Assembly (NCBI GenBank): GCA_050251055.1
Contig: JBFWNL010000001.1
Span: 235,825-299,824 of the forward strand
DNA from: Bacteriovoracia bacterium
GTDB taxonomy: Bacteria > Bdellovibrionota > UBA1018 > JBFWNL01
Reading direction: 5' to 3'
DNA: 64,000 nucleotides
Position numbers and translations under genes: made by a program. Positions within the stretch are counted from its first letter, which is position 1; each line of letters starts with the position of its first letter. Positions 1 to 7,800 of the stretch are shown here, in pieces. Under the pieces are notes generated by a model. It was not told the origin of the DNA, searched no databases, and saw only the letters and a list, made by a program, of their open reading frames with translations.

Positions 1-1001
1 GCGGCCTCCCGGATAAAAGTCGCCCCGGGGATTTCCGCGCCGGGGGTGAGGAATGCCTCGTAGAGTGGGCGATGCTCGGGGATCCTGCACCACTTCGTGA
101 TCTCGGCCCGCAGACGCGCTTCTTCGCGGGCCGCGATCGCCTGCCTTTCCAGGACCTCGTCAATTTCTTGCAGCCATTCGCGCACCGTCCGCGCATACTC
201 CGCCATCGTGTCGCGGCCCCTGATCGTGGAGTCCGCCAGCTCGAGGTCGGTCAAGAAGTCCGCGAGGTCGGCGCGAAAAACCCCTAGATTCTTGAAGTCG
301 CGATTCTCGAAGCGGGCTTTCGAGAGCGTGAAATAGAGGCGGAGTCCGGCGGCGGTGATCTGGGGGCGAATCACCTCCAGGTTTCCGGCATACCGAGTCC
401 CCCCTACCATCATGCCATCGCGCTTCACGCGAAAGGAGTATTCCTTTCCCTGGAGCGGCGAGAGGAGGGTCTTTAAAATCCTTCGCATGTCCTTAATAGT
501 GATATCGCTGCGCAAGGTTGTTCGTGCCTGGGCCAAGAAGGTCGGCCACTCGTAGGGATCGCAACCGTTGAAGTCTTTTTTTCGGTACGCTTCCCAGCGT
601 TTCAAAAATTCGTCCACGGTCTCATTCCCTCGCAGGGGCTGCGGTGCGGGGCGAGTGAGCGGAGGACGAGGCCCCGGGGGGGCTGGCGTGGTGCCCGGGG
701 ACGCACCGCCGGGAGGCACCCAGCCCGCGGGATTGATGATTCCGTCGCAAAGCGCGATATCCTCGGCGTCCATGACCGAGTATCCGCGGGTCAGTTGGCA
801 GAGAGAGTCGAGGAGCCTGCAGTATTCGCCCCAGATCCGATCGGAGCCGTAGGTCTTCTGAATGCACGCGCCGACGATCGTCGTTACTTCCTTAGCCTGG
901 AAGTAACGGTAAGCGTGGGCGGGGGGCATGTAGATGAGTGCCGACATGCCGACGAGCGCAAGGATCAGCCTTTGGCGGAAACGGGGCTTTGGGCCGGTCA
1001 C
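1..1001 (-). CDS. Secreted hypothetical protein, partial (runs off window); N-terminal 4-Cys module paralogous to 998..2425
   Basis: Not in the ORF track because it has no stop in the window. Manual translation from GTG at 1001, which overlaps the upstream stop as GTGA: MTGPKPRFRQRLILALVGMSALIYMPPAHA-YRYFQAKEVTTIVGACIQK... The frame stays open to the window edge. Signal peptide ends in AHA. Confidence 0.85.
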   Translation of the reverse strand, partial: MTGPKPRFRQRLILALVGMSALIYMPPAHAYRYFQAKEVTTIVGACIQKTYGSDRIWGEYCRLLDSLCQLTRGYSVMDAEDIALCDGIINPAGWVPPGGASPGTTPAPPGPRPPLTRPAPQPLRGNETVDEFLKRWEAYRKKDFNGCDPYEWPTFLAQARTTLRSDITIKDMRRILKTLLSPLQGKEYSFRVKRDGMMVGGTRYAGNLEVIRPQITAAGLRLYFTLSKARFENRDFKNLGVFRADLADFLTDLELADSTIRGRDTMAEYARTVREWLQEIDEVLERQAIAAREEARLRAEITKWCRIPEHRPLYEAFLTPGAEIPGATFIREA

Positions 1002-2425
1002 GGGAACTCCTTCTGGTACGCTTCGGAGCCCGCGCCCATCAGTTGCAGGTAAAGATCCACGCTCACGGAAACCACGCTATCTTCATAGGCCTGGTAAAGG
1101 CGACGCACGAGGGCGTAAGGCTTAGCGCAGTCACGCACGCGCGCGAGCAAGCGGCGATAACCTTCGACCGTGTCCATTTTCAGTAGCCAGTGGTCGTCGG
1201 CGACGATCTTGCCTAACCGGGAGGGGGGAAGCGCCGTCTGCCAAGGCGAAACCTTTCTTTTGGCCGCCAGCGCGTCTTCCAGTAGCCGCAGCGAGCGTAG
1301 AGCGGACTCGAGGTCCTCCATGCGGCAGCTCGTGGCTTTGCTTTCCATGGCCGCGAAAACCGCTTCGGGCGATGGGAGGGCAAGAAGTTCCACCAGCGCT
1401 TGAATTTCTGGGGCGCCGAAAGCCGTGGCCTTCGCGCCGGGCGGAGGAAACTCGAAGAGCCGAAGCTTTAAGTCGGCGTTCGCCATCCCCGGAAGGGCGC
1501 GTTCGAGTTCGGTGAAAACCTTGGAGGCATCCTGTGCAGCGGACGAACGGGAGCGTTTTAGTGAATCGACCAGCGCTGGATAAAGCACGCCTTGCTGGCT
1601 GGGGTCTAATCGTTTGAACGCGCCCTGGAACGCCGCGATCCAGGCTTCCGTGAGATTGCGCTCAAGAGTTTGCGTAATCTCGGTCGTGAAGACCTTGTCC
1701 TTGTTGATCCGATACTGCTCGTAGTTCTTCGGCGGGGAACCAAAGGCGGAGCTACTGTAGCCATTCGGCGTCCAAAGCTTCCAGCCAAGGCCCTTGCGCT
1801 CGAGCCGGTACCCATCGATGCGCATGTTGTCCACGAAAATACTTCGCAGCTTGGTTTCGTCAGACATGGAGCTGACGAAGAGCTCGCCGATGCCGCGCAT
1901 GGTCTGCGGACACTGGCGCATGCCATCGATCAGCATGTCTTCGGAATAAATTTCGTCCCGGTAATGGGAGAAAACTAATTTCGCATATCCTTCGCCGGAG
2001 GAAGTCGCATCCCAGGTATAACCCCCATAGTTGAAGAAGCCGCCGGGGCCGGGCCGGAGCAGGTTCGCGGGGCACTGCGTGCCTTCATACACGCAGGAAG
2101 GTTGCTTGGGGTCGTAGGGACAGCGGGGATTGAGCTTTCTCATCTCACGCGTGAAGGCGCGATCGGCGGCGGTTTTGAGCTCGCGGCAGAGGACCTGGTC
2201 CTCCATGTCCAGGAAGCGCGAGAGTTCGCAGGCGCTCACTAAGTGATGGCATTTGCGCCGATCTTCCACGGACGCGGTGTCGTCCGGCCAGTTCGCTAGG
2301 CAGTCCTGGGCGAGCTTGAACAGCGCCGCATCCGCGAAAATCGTGTAGGCGTGAGCGGCGGGCGGCGCGAGCGAAGTCAGCGCTAGCGCTAAAGTGATGA
2401 GCAGCGGTTTCCAGAAACACTTCAC
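998..2425 (-). CDS. Secreted Cys-rich hypothetical protein (475 aa)
   Basis: Long ORF with signal peptide ending PAAHA; GTGA overlaps with both neighbours; no family recognised. Confidence 0.85.
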   Translation of the reverse strand: MKCFWKPLLITLALALTSLAPPAAHAYTIFADAALFKLAQDCLANWPDDTASVEDRRKCHHLVSACELSRFLDMEDQVLCRELKTAADRAFTREMRKLNPRCPYDPKQPSCVYEGTQCPANLLRPGPGGFFNYGGYTWDATSSGEGYAKLVFSHYRDEIYSEDMLIDGMRQCPQTMRGIGELFVSSMSDETKLRSIFVDNMRIDGYRLERKGLGWKLWTPNGYSSSAFGSPPKNYEQYRINKDKVFTTEITQTLERNLTEAWIAAFQGAFKRLDPSQQGVLYPALVDSLKRSRSSAAQDASKVFTELERALPGMANADLKLRLFEFPPPGAKATAFGAPEIQALVELLALPSPEAVFAAMESKATSCRMEDLESALRSLRLLEDALAAKRKVSPWQTALPPSRLGKIVADDHWLLKMDTVEGYRRLLARVRDCAKPYALVRRLYQAYEDSVVSVSVDLYLQLMGAGSEAYQKEFP

Positions 2426-3348
2426 TGGCGGCCTCCGGAGGAGCGCGAGCCACGGCGAGCGGGCTTCTCGGTGGGCTTGGCCGGGGCCGGCCAGCTCATC
2501 TCGATGCCTCCGACGGCGTGATAATTAAGGGAGTCGACGGAAAGCTGCGCCTGGAAGCGGCCCAGGGTTTCGGGGTTTTCCCGGATGGAGCTCACGAAAA
2601 AACTCATGGGGGTGGCGAAGATCGCCGGTACGTCGCCGACGATGTACTCGGTGCCTTGTACGGCGACGGGAGGGATTTCCTGGAAGATTGATTTTGCGAT
2701 CGCGACCACTTCACCGGCGTCGTTCACGAGCGGGCTGCCGGAATTTCCGGCGCGCGCGGTACAGGCGACGAGCGTCCAGTTGTGCTTTTCGATGCCGGCG
2801 CCTCCGCAGATTTCCAGATCGATCGTGGGCTCGTATCCGGCGCGCGGCTCGGCGATGTATCGGTTGTCGAAGGTGGACGAGATTTTCCAGGGGTGCTTGG
2901 GCGGTTTTGCGGCGCCGACGATCGGAAGCGGCTGAATCCCCGGGATGTCCACGGATTCCTCGAGGCGTAGAAGTGCGTAGTCTTCGAGGCTGGTTTCAAA
3001 CACGATCTGGGTGGAAAGATAGCTCTGGATGCGTTCGGCGTTGGGGCGGTTGGGTGCTTGCGGCGCGCGAAATAGCACGCGGGTGCGGACCGTTTCTTCG
3101 GGCCGGCGGGCGATGCAGTGCTGATTGGTGAGGACGAGCTGTTTACCAACGAGAAATCCCGTACAGGCGCCCGTGCTCGTGACGCTCCCCTTGGCGTCGA
3201 GCTTTTCCATGATCAGCGTCGCCGTAGCCCGTAAGGCTTGGGTCACGCCGGCGGGGATGGCGCGTCCCAGGTTCGGGTTGGGGTCGGCGGCACAAAGCAG
3301 CGAGAGGCCGAGACTCGGTAGGGTGAGGGTCCATACTTGCCAGTTCAT
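2422..3348 (-). CDS. Secreted trypsin-like (S1/PA clan) serine protease
   Basis: Catalytic triad motifs LTNQHC (His), EDYALL (Asp), GNSGSP (Ser); N-terminal hydrophobic signal. Confidence 0.9.
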   Translation of the reverse strand: MNWQVWTLTLPSLGLSLLCAADPNPNLGRAIPAGVTQALRATATLIMEKLDAKGSVTSTGACTGFLVGKQLVLTNQHCIARRPEETVRTRVLFRAPQAPNRPNAERIQSYLSTQIVFETSLEDYALLRLEESVDIPGIQPLPIVGAAKPPKHPWKISSTFDNRYIAEPRAGYEPTIDLEICGGAGIEKHNWTLVACTARAGNSGSPLVNDAGEVVAIAKSIFQEIPPVAVQGTEYIVGDVPAIFATPMSFFVSSIRENPETLGRFQAQLSVDSLNYHAVGGIEMSWPAPAKPTEKPARRGSRSSGGRQ

Positions 3349-3459
3349 GACCGGCGAAAATTACTATAATTGATTTAATTAATCAACATAACACTAACGC
3401 AGTGCATATATTTAAAAATCATGTAATTACAAATGATTGTGCGGCTTTTTTCGGGTTGC

Positions 3460-3547
3460 GAGGTGACGGTGAGAATCGCCCTGCGCTTCTTCGCCTCCGG
3501 CTCAGTCGCTGCGGGCTCACCCTCGTCGCTCCTCGGGTTCGATTCTC
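3460..3547. repeat. Duplicated tRNA-Cys 3' end followed by a palindromic segment
   Basis: gaggtgacggtgagaatcg at 3460-3478 is identical to 3615-3633 in the tRNA; gagaatcg (3471-3478) is inverted to cgattctc (3540-3547). Confidence 0.8.
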
Positions 3548-3612
3548 CCGATGATGGATTCATCGCTATTCGGCTCTGCGGCTATTTTGTGATTTTTTGG
3601 GAAATTTTTATT

Positions 3613-3688
3613 TGGAGGTGACGGTGAGAATCGAACTCACAAAATACGGTTTTGCAAACCGTCCCATTAGCCATTCTGGCACGTCACC
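3613..3688 (-). tRNA. tRNA-Cys (GCA)
   Basis: Cloverleaf GGTGACG...ACGGT-TTGCAAA-ACCGT...GTGAG-TTCGATT-CTCAC-CGTCACC-T-CCA, with encoded CCA and U73 discriminator. Confidence 0.97.
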
Positions 3689-3704
3689 CCTTCAAGGAGA
3701 GACC

Positions 3705-3733
3705 AATCTAGCTCGCGCGGGAGAATTTTTGAA
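3705..3733 (-). promoter_or_regulatory. Putative sigma70 promoter of tRNA-Cys
   Basis: Minus strand TTCAAA-N17-TAGATT, 16 nt upstream of the mature tRNA. Confidence 0.6.
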
Positions 3734-3746
3734 CCCCTAAAATCGG

Positions 3747-3784
3747 ACGGGCCAGGTGCCGCATTCGTGCAACACCTGGCCCGT
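3747..3784 (-). terminator. Strong hairpin, probable 3' end of the riboswitch-containing RNA
   Basis: 12-bp perfect stem acgggccaggtg/cacctggcccgt; only a weak U tract (ccgatttt) on the minus strand. Confidence 0.55.
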
Positions 3785-3861
3785 GAGAATTGAAGAGGAG
3801 GTCCGGGTAGGGGACCCCCCTTTGAAACTGTATTCGGTCATTCCTGACCGCGAGTTCCGCT

Positions 3862-3959
3862 CCTTTGGCAACCTGGCAAGCTTAGACCCTCGGGGTAAAG
3901 GTCGTTAGCCCCATGGCTTTGCGTGTTCAGCCTTTCGACTGACTTGCCTTTTTCAAAGG
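3862..3959 (-). ncRNA. c-di-GMP-I (GEMM) riboswitch aptamer
   Basis: Minus strand cctttgaaaaaGGCAAgtcagtcGAAAggctgaacACGCAAAGCCatggggCTAA...gccaGGTTGCCaaagg matches the GEMM consensus (GGCAA, GNRA-capped P2, ACGCAAAGCC, CTAA receptor, GGTTGCC); P1 is cctttg/caaagg. Confidence 0.9.
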
Positions 3960-4080
3960 GGGTATGAGGATTAACCCACCTCTTCAAGCGGCTCCTCCTG
4001 AGCCTATGACTTCCTAAAGCGTCGAGAAATTGTTAAATTCCCTTCTCTGAGTTCAGGATATCTGGAATTGCTGCGGATGG

Positions 4081-4130
4081 CAAATATTAATATAACTATT
4101 TGATATTAAATGATTTAGTCTTAATATTTG
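4081..4130. promoter_or_regulatory. AT-rich inverted repeat enclosing an IHF-like site
   Basis: caaatattaa/ttaatatttg 10-bp inverted repeat; the internal taactatttgata is the reverse complement of WATCAANNNNTTR. Confidence 0.5.
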
Positions 4131-4259
4131 CGTGTGTCTTGGCTTTAATTGTTAATTTTGCTGATGCCTCGGAAGGTGCGGCGTGAGCTAGCCCATTCTT
4201 ATCAGGATCCTCGCGCTTGCGTTGCGTCTGGGGCAGCTCATGGTTAAGATTTGAGGCGA

Positions 4260-5387
4260 ATGAGGGGCTTGGGAACGATAGCGGCCGTTGCGTTGGCCAT
4301 CGGAGGGAGTGGGGGTATCGGGCACGCTACGTCCACGACTCCCGCCGTAACCCAAGACTCCCCGGGATCCTTTTCCCAGAAAACCGTCCATGATTTCCCT
4401 CTACGCTCGATCGGTAAACTGCAGGTTTCCAATCGCCACGGCGCGGTCTCCGTAAAGGGCTGGAGCCAAGACAAAATTCGCGTGACGGTTGTGAAGCTTA
4501 CGCAAGCCACCGACGAAGCGGAAGCCTCGACTCAGTTTCAGCAGCTGGGGCTTTTGCAGCGCGGGCGCGGCGAGCACTTCGAACTCATCGCTCAGTATGG
4601 AAGGGCGATGGGCATCGAGCAGCGGTTGGCCAATACGAAAGCTCCGAAGGTGAGGTTGGATCTGGAGATCCAAGCCCCCGCGAAGCTGCTGCTTCAGGCT
4701 TGGACGACGGGCGATCGGATCGCCGTGAAAAACTGGCACGCGCCGGTGGACGTGCGCACGGAGACGGGGCTGATACAGATTGAAGAAGTGCGCGCCAAGG
4801 AAGTGAAGGCGACGTGCGTTGCGTGCGGCATGAAAATTCGAGCCATTTCCGGCTCCGTTAGGTGTTTAGGAGGGAGTGGCGACATCGATCTGCGCGACCT
4901 TGCATCGGATCAAATTTACGTCGAGACCTCGAGTGGAGCGATCTTGCCGAATCGCACGAACGGTAATCAGCTTTACGTCACGCAGGGCGGGGCGATTCTT
5001 GGCAAGAGTTTAAACGGAAGGGTGGAGTTTCAAACGAAGTCCGGGCGCGTGGATCTTTCGCAGTCGGCGGGTTTTGCTAGCGGCCGGACCACGAGCGGCG
5101 ACGTGCGGGTGGAGATGGCGAAGTGGAAGTTCCTGGATCGGGCCGTGTTCGAATCCGAACTGGGACAGATCTCCTTGAAGCTCCCATCCGACTTTTCCGC
5201 CACCGTGGACCTGCGGACGGAGCGGGGCAAGATGCGATTGGAGTTCCCGCTGCGCGTTTTGCGGGATGACGAGGAAAGCCTCAAGAATTCCGCGACTCGC
5301 CTCAAGGGAGCCATCGGCGAAAACGACCATCACAATCTGACGGTTTACAGCCGGATGGGTAACGTGAGAGTGCTGCGTGGGAGCTGA
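4260..5387 (+). CDS. DUF4097 family beta-strand repeat (adhesin-like) exported protein
   Basis: Signal peptide; repeated motifs such as TETGLI, TSSGAI, TKSGRV, TTSGDV, SELGQI, SRMGNV. Confidence 0.8.
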   Translation: MRGLGTIAAVALAIGGSGGIGHATSTTPAVTQDSPGSFSQKTVHDFPLRSIGKLQVSNRHGAVSVKGWSQDKIRVTVVKLTQATDEAEASTQFQQLGLLQRGRGEHFELIAQYGRAMGIEQRLANTKAPKVRLDLEIQAPAKLLLQAWTTGDRIAVKNWHAPVDVRTETGLIQIEEVRAKEVKATCVACGMKIRAISGSVRCLGGSGDIDLRDLASDQIYVETSSGAILPNRTNGNQLYVTQGGAILGKSLNGRVEFQTKSGRVDLSQSAGFASGRTTSGDVRVEMAKWKFLDRAVFESELGQISLKLPSDFSATVDLRTERGKMRLEFPLRVLRDDEESLKNSATRLKGAIGENDHHNLTVYSRMGNVRVLRGS

Positions 5388-5497
5388 CGAACGCGAGTTA
5401 GTTGGAAACTACGACGAAAGTGACCACGAGAACGAAAAATGTAACGATCGACAGGGCCTTCATTATACCCCCCCTATCGGCATATCAGGCATAATAC

Positions 5498-6559
5498 TTG
5501 AGTAAAAAAGACAGAATTTTAATCATCCGGCTCAGCAGTTTGGGGGACGTGATCCTGTCCACGGCCGCTTTGGGTACTGCCGCCGTCCGCCAGTCCGACG
5601 CTCATTGGCTTACGCGCAAGGAGTACGCCTCTCTGCTCGAGTCCCATCCCGCGCTCTCACGAGTATGGGCATTTGACCGGGCACGGGGCCTGCTCGGATG
5701 GGTCGTGCTTTCTTCCGAGCTCTTCTCCCAGGGCTACGACACGATCTACGACCTGCAGGGAAGTTTACGCACGCGGCTGATGCGAGTTCTTTTCTTTCTC
5801 TTGGGGCTATTCAAAACCGCGCGCGCTCCTCGTTGGCGTAGCTACCGGAAGCCTCGGCTGAAAGCGTATGGGTACTATCTCTTCAAGCGCCGCTGGCCGA
5901 AGGCGTGGCGTCCGGGGCAGCGGGTAGCCGAGTTCTCTCGTGCCGTGGGAGGCACCGGAGAAGAGCGCCCGGATCTTCGCTATCTCTTTGCGAAGCTCCC
6001 GACGGGATGGGATTTGCCCGCGGAGCTGCGCGAGGGCGGGCGTCCGAAGCGTTACCTCGCCGTGATGCCGGATTCTCTTTGGGAGGGAAAGCGCTGGTCG
6101 ATCGATTTCTACGTGGACTGGCTGCGGGCGCATGGGGGCGTGGACTTTGGGCTGCCAGTGGTGCTTGGAACCAAGAATGATGTATTCAGCCGAACCCTGG
6201 TGGAGCGCCTCGCTGACGCGCAGATCCCTCATTATAGTGGGGTAGATCGCTTCACTTGGGCGGAGACCGCCGCGATCCTGGGTGGTGCGCAGGCCTACGT
6301 GGGAGGGGATACGGGGCTTGCTCATCTGGCCGAGGCGGTCGGCACTCCCGCGCTCGTCATTTTTGGCCCCACGGCCGCGGACGCGGGCTTCGGCCCCTGG
6401 CGTGCGGGAAGTCAGGCGATCGGTAGCTCACTCGGTTGCCGCCCGTGTGGAAAAGATGGGCGCTATTGCTATCGTTTTTGGAATCGCCATCAATGTATGA
6501 AAGAGGTATCCCCCTCCCAGGTGCAAGAGGCTCTTCTTCATGTCGTCGCTGCGAAGTAA
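5498..6559 (+). CDS. Glycosyltransferase family 9 (LPS heptosyltransferase, WaaC/WaaF-like)
   Basis: ILIIRLSSLGDV, GDTGLAHLAEAVG, IFGPT, CRPC motifs; adjacent to waaA. Confidence 0.9.
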   Translation: MSKKDRILIIRLSSLGDVILSTAALGTAAVRQSDAHWLTRKEYASLLESHPALSRVWAFDRARGLLGWVVLSSELFSQGYDTIYDLQGSLRTRLMRVLFFLLGLFKTARAPRWRSYRKPRLKAYGYYLFKRRWPKAWRPGQRVAEFSRAVGGTGEERPDLRYLFAKLPTGWDLPAELREGGRPKRYLAVMPDSLWEGKRWSIDFYVDWLRAHGGVDFGLPVVLGTKNDVFSRTLVERLADAQIPHYSGVDRFTWAETAAILGGAQAYVGGDTGLAHLAEAVGTPALVIFGPTAADAGFGPWRAGSQAIGSSLGCRPCGKDGRYCYRFWNRHQCMKEVSPSQVQEALLHVVAAK

Positions 6560-7793
6560 CCTGTATCGAAAAGTTGTTTCCGGCCTTTCGGCCTGCGTGC
6601 CGGGCGCGCTAGCGCCATCTAAGCGTAAGGAGTTACCCGATCTGCCCGCCGCACCCAGGCGCCGAGTGTGGTTTCATGCCGCCAGCACCGGGGAGCTCGA
6701 GTCGCTCGCGCCCGTGATTCAAAAGTGGGGTCAGGATCCCGGTCATGAGTTGATTCTCACGATCTTCAGTCGCTCGGCCGAGCGTTTTCTAAGCCGCCTC
6801 ATCTCCACTCTGCGGGCCACGGGTGTGAATATCCTTCACTACGACTACTCGCCCCGGGAAGGGCAGTGGCAGCGGGCGATTCGGGCCTTGAAGCCCAGTG
6901 CGTTTGTCACCGCCAAATACGAGGCCTGGCCCGAGCTTTGGATGAGCCTCGCGGATCAGGGCATCCCGCTCGTGGTGTTGAGCGCGCGTCCTCGCCAGTC
7001 GTTTAGTTCCGCCAAGGGCATGCTGAAGCTAACCGGCACGCAGCTTCCGCGGATCCTGTTTTTGACCGAGCAAGCGCCCGCGCAATCCGCGCTGCGGGAA
7101 GAGTTTCCTGCCGCATCCGTCGAAATCTGCGCCGATCCGCGCTGGGAGCGTGCGCTAGACCGCGCGCGGGTGGCTACCCTGGACGCCGGTGCGCCGCGAG
7201 TGCAAGCGATTGCGAATCTGCTCGCGCCCGGCGAAAAGTGCGCCGTACTGGGGAGCGTGTGGCAGGCGGACCTGGATTTTTGGGGCGCGTGCTTGAAGGA
7301 AATCCACCAGCGCTTGATCGTGGTGCCGCATGAAATCGATGCCGATCACCTGAGGAAATGCGTCGCTACGCTGGAGGCGCAAGGACTGCGTTGCGCGCTC
7401 ACGAGTCGCTTGCCGGATCTGCTGGATCCCTCCCATTGCTTAGTCGTCGACGAGATGGGATTTCTGGCGGAGCTCTACCGACTAGCCGACTGGGCCTATG
7501 TCGGAGGTGGATTTGGGAAGGGCATCCACAGCACGATCGAACCCGCGGTATACGGCATTCCGGTCTGCGTCGGTCCCGAAGGCACGGCCCGATTCGCGGA
7601 AGTGGAAGAGCTCAAGGAGACGGGGCAGCTGGCGATTTTAAACACGAGCGCGGATCTCCGCGGTTGGCTGGATTTCGTCGTGGACCCCGGACTCCGCGCG
7701 CGACGGCAGGAGTGGCGGGCGCACGCGGAATCTAAACGCGGCACGTCGGATCGGGTGTTGCATCTATTGGCCGACGTGTTAGCTTCGTCCTAA
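6540..7793 (+). CDS. waaA: 3-deoxy-D-manno-octulosonic acid (Kdo) transferase
   Basis: VWFHAASTGE, E-x-WP, IVVPHE, DEMGFLAELY, YVGGGF..HSTIEPA. Confidence 0.9.
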   Translation: MSSLRSNLYRKVVSGLSACVPGALAPSKRKELPDLPAAPRRRVWFHAASTGELESLAPVIQKWGQDPGHELILTIFSRSAERFLSRLISTLRATGVNILHYDYSPREGQWQRAIRALKPSAFVTAKYEAWPELWMSLADQGIPLVVLSARPRQSFSSAKGMLKLTGTQLPRILFLTEQAPAQSALREEFPAASVEICADPRWERALDRARVATLDAGAPRVQAIANLLAPGEKCAVLGSVWQADLDFWGACLKEIHQRLIVVPHEIDADHLRKCVATLEAQGLRCALTSRLPDLLDPSHCLVVDEMGFLAELYRLADWAYVGGGFGKGIHSTIEPAVYGIPVCVGPEGTARFAEVEELKETGQLAILNTSADLRGWLDFVVDPGLRARRQEWRAHAESKRGTSDRVLHLLADVLASS

Positions 7794-7800
7794 CGCCCCC

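Noticed and set aside
3460-3633. Intact genomic island bounded by attL/attR at tRNA-Cys
   Set aside because: The repeats are only 155 bp apart and no integrase is in the window; kept only as a scar or repeat.
3737-3841. 34-codon ORF (MTEYSFKGG...) downstream of the aptamer on the minus strand
   Set aside because: Its ATG lies within a GNRA hairpin, the SD spacing is poor, and it runs through the terminal stem; RNA structure explains the sequence better. Not fully excluded.
3862-3959. 3',3'-cGAMP (GEMM-Ib) specificity for the riboswitch
   Set aside because: The position equivalent to Vc2 G20 is G, not A, which favours c-di-GMP.
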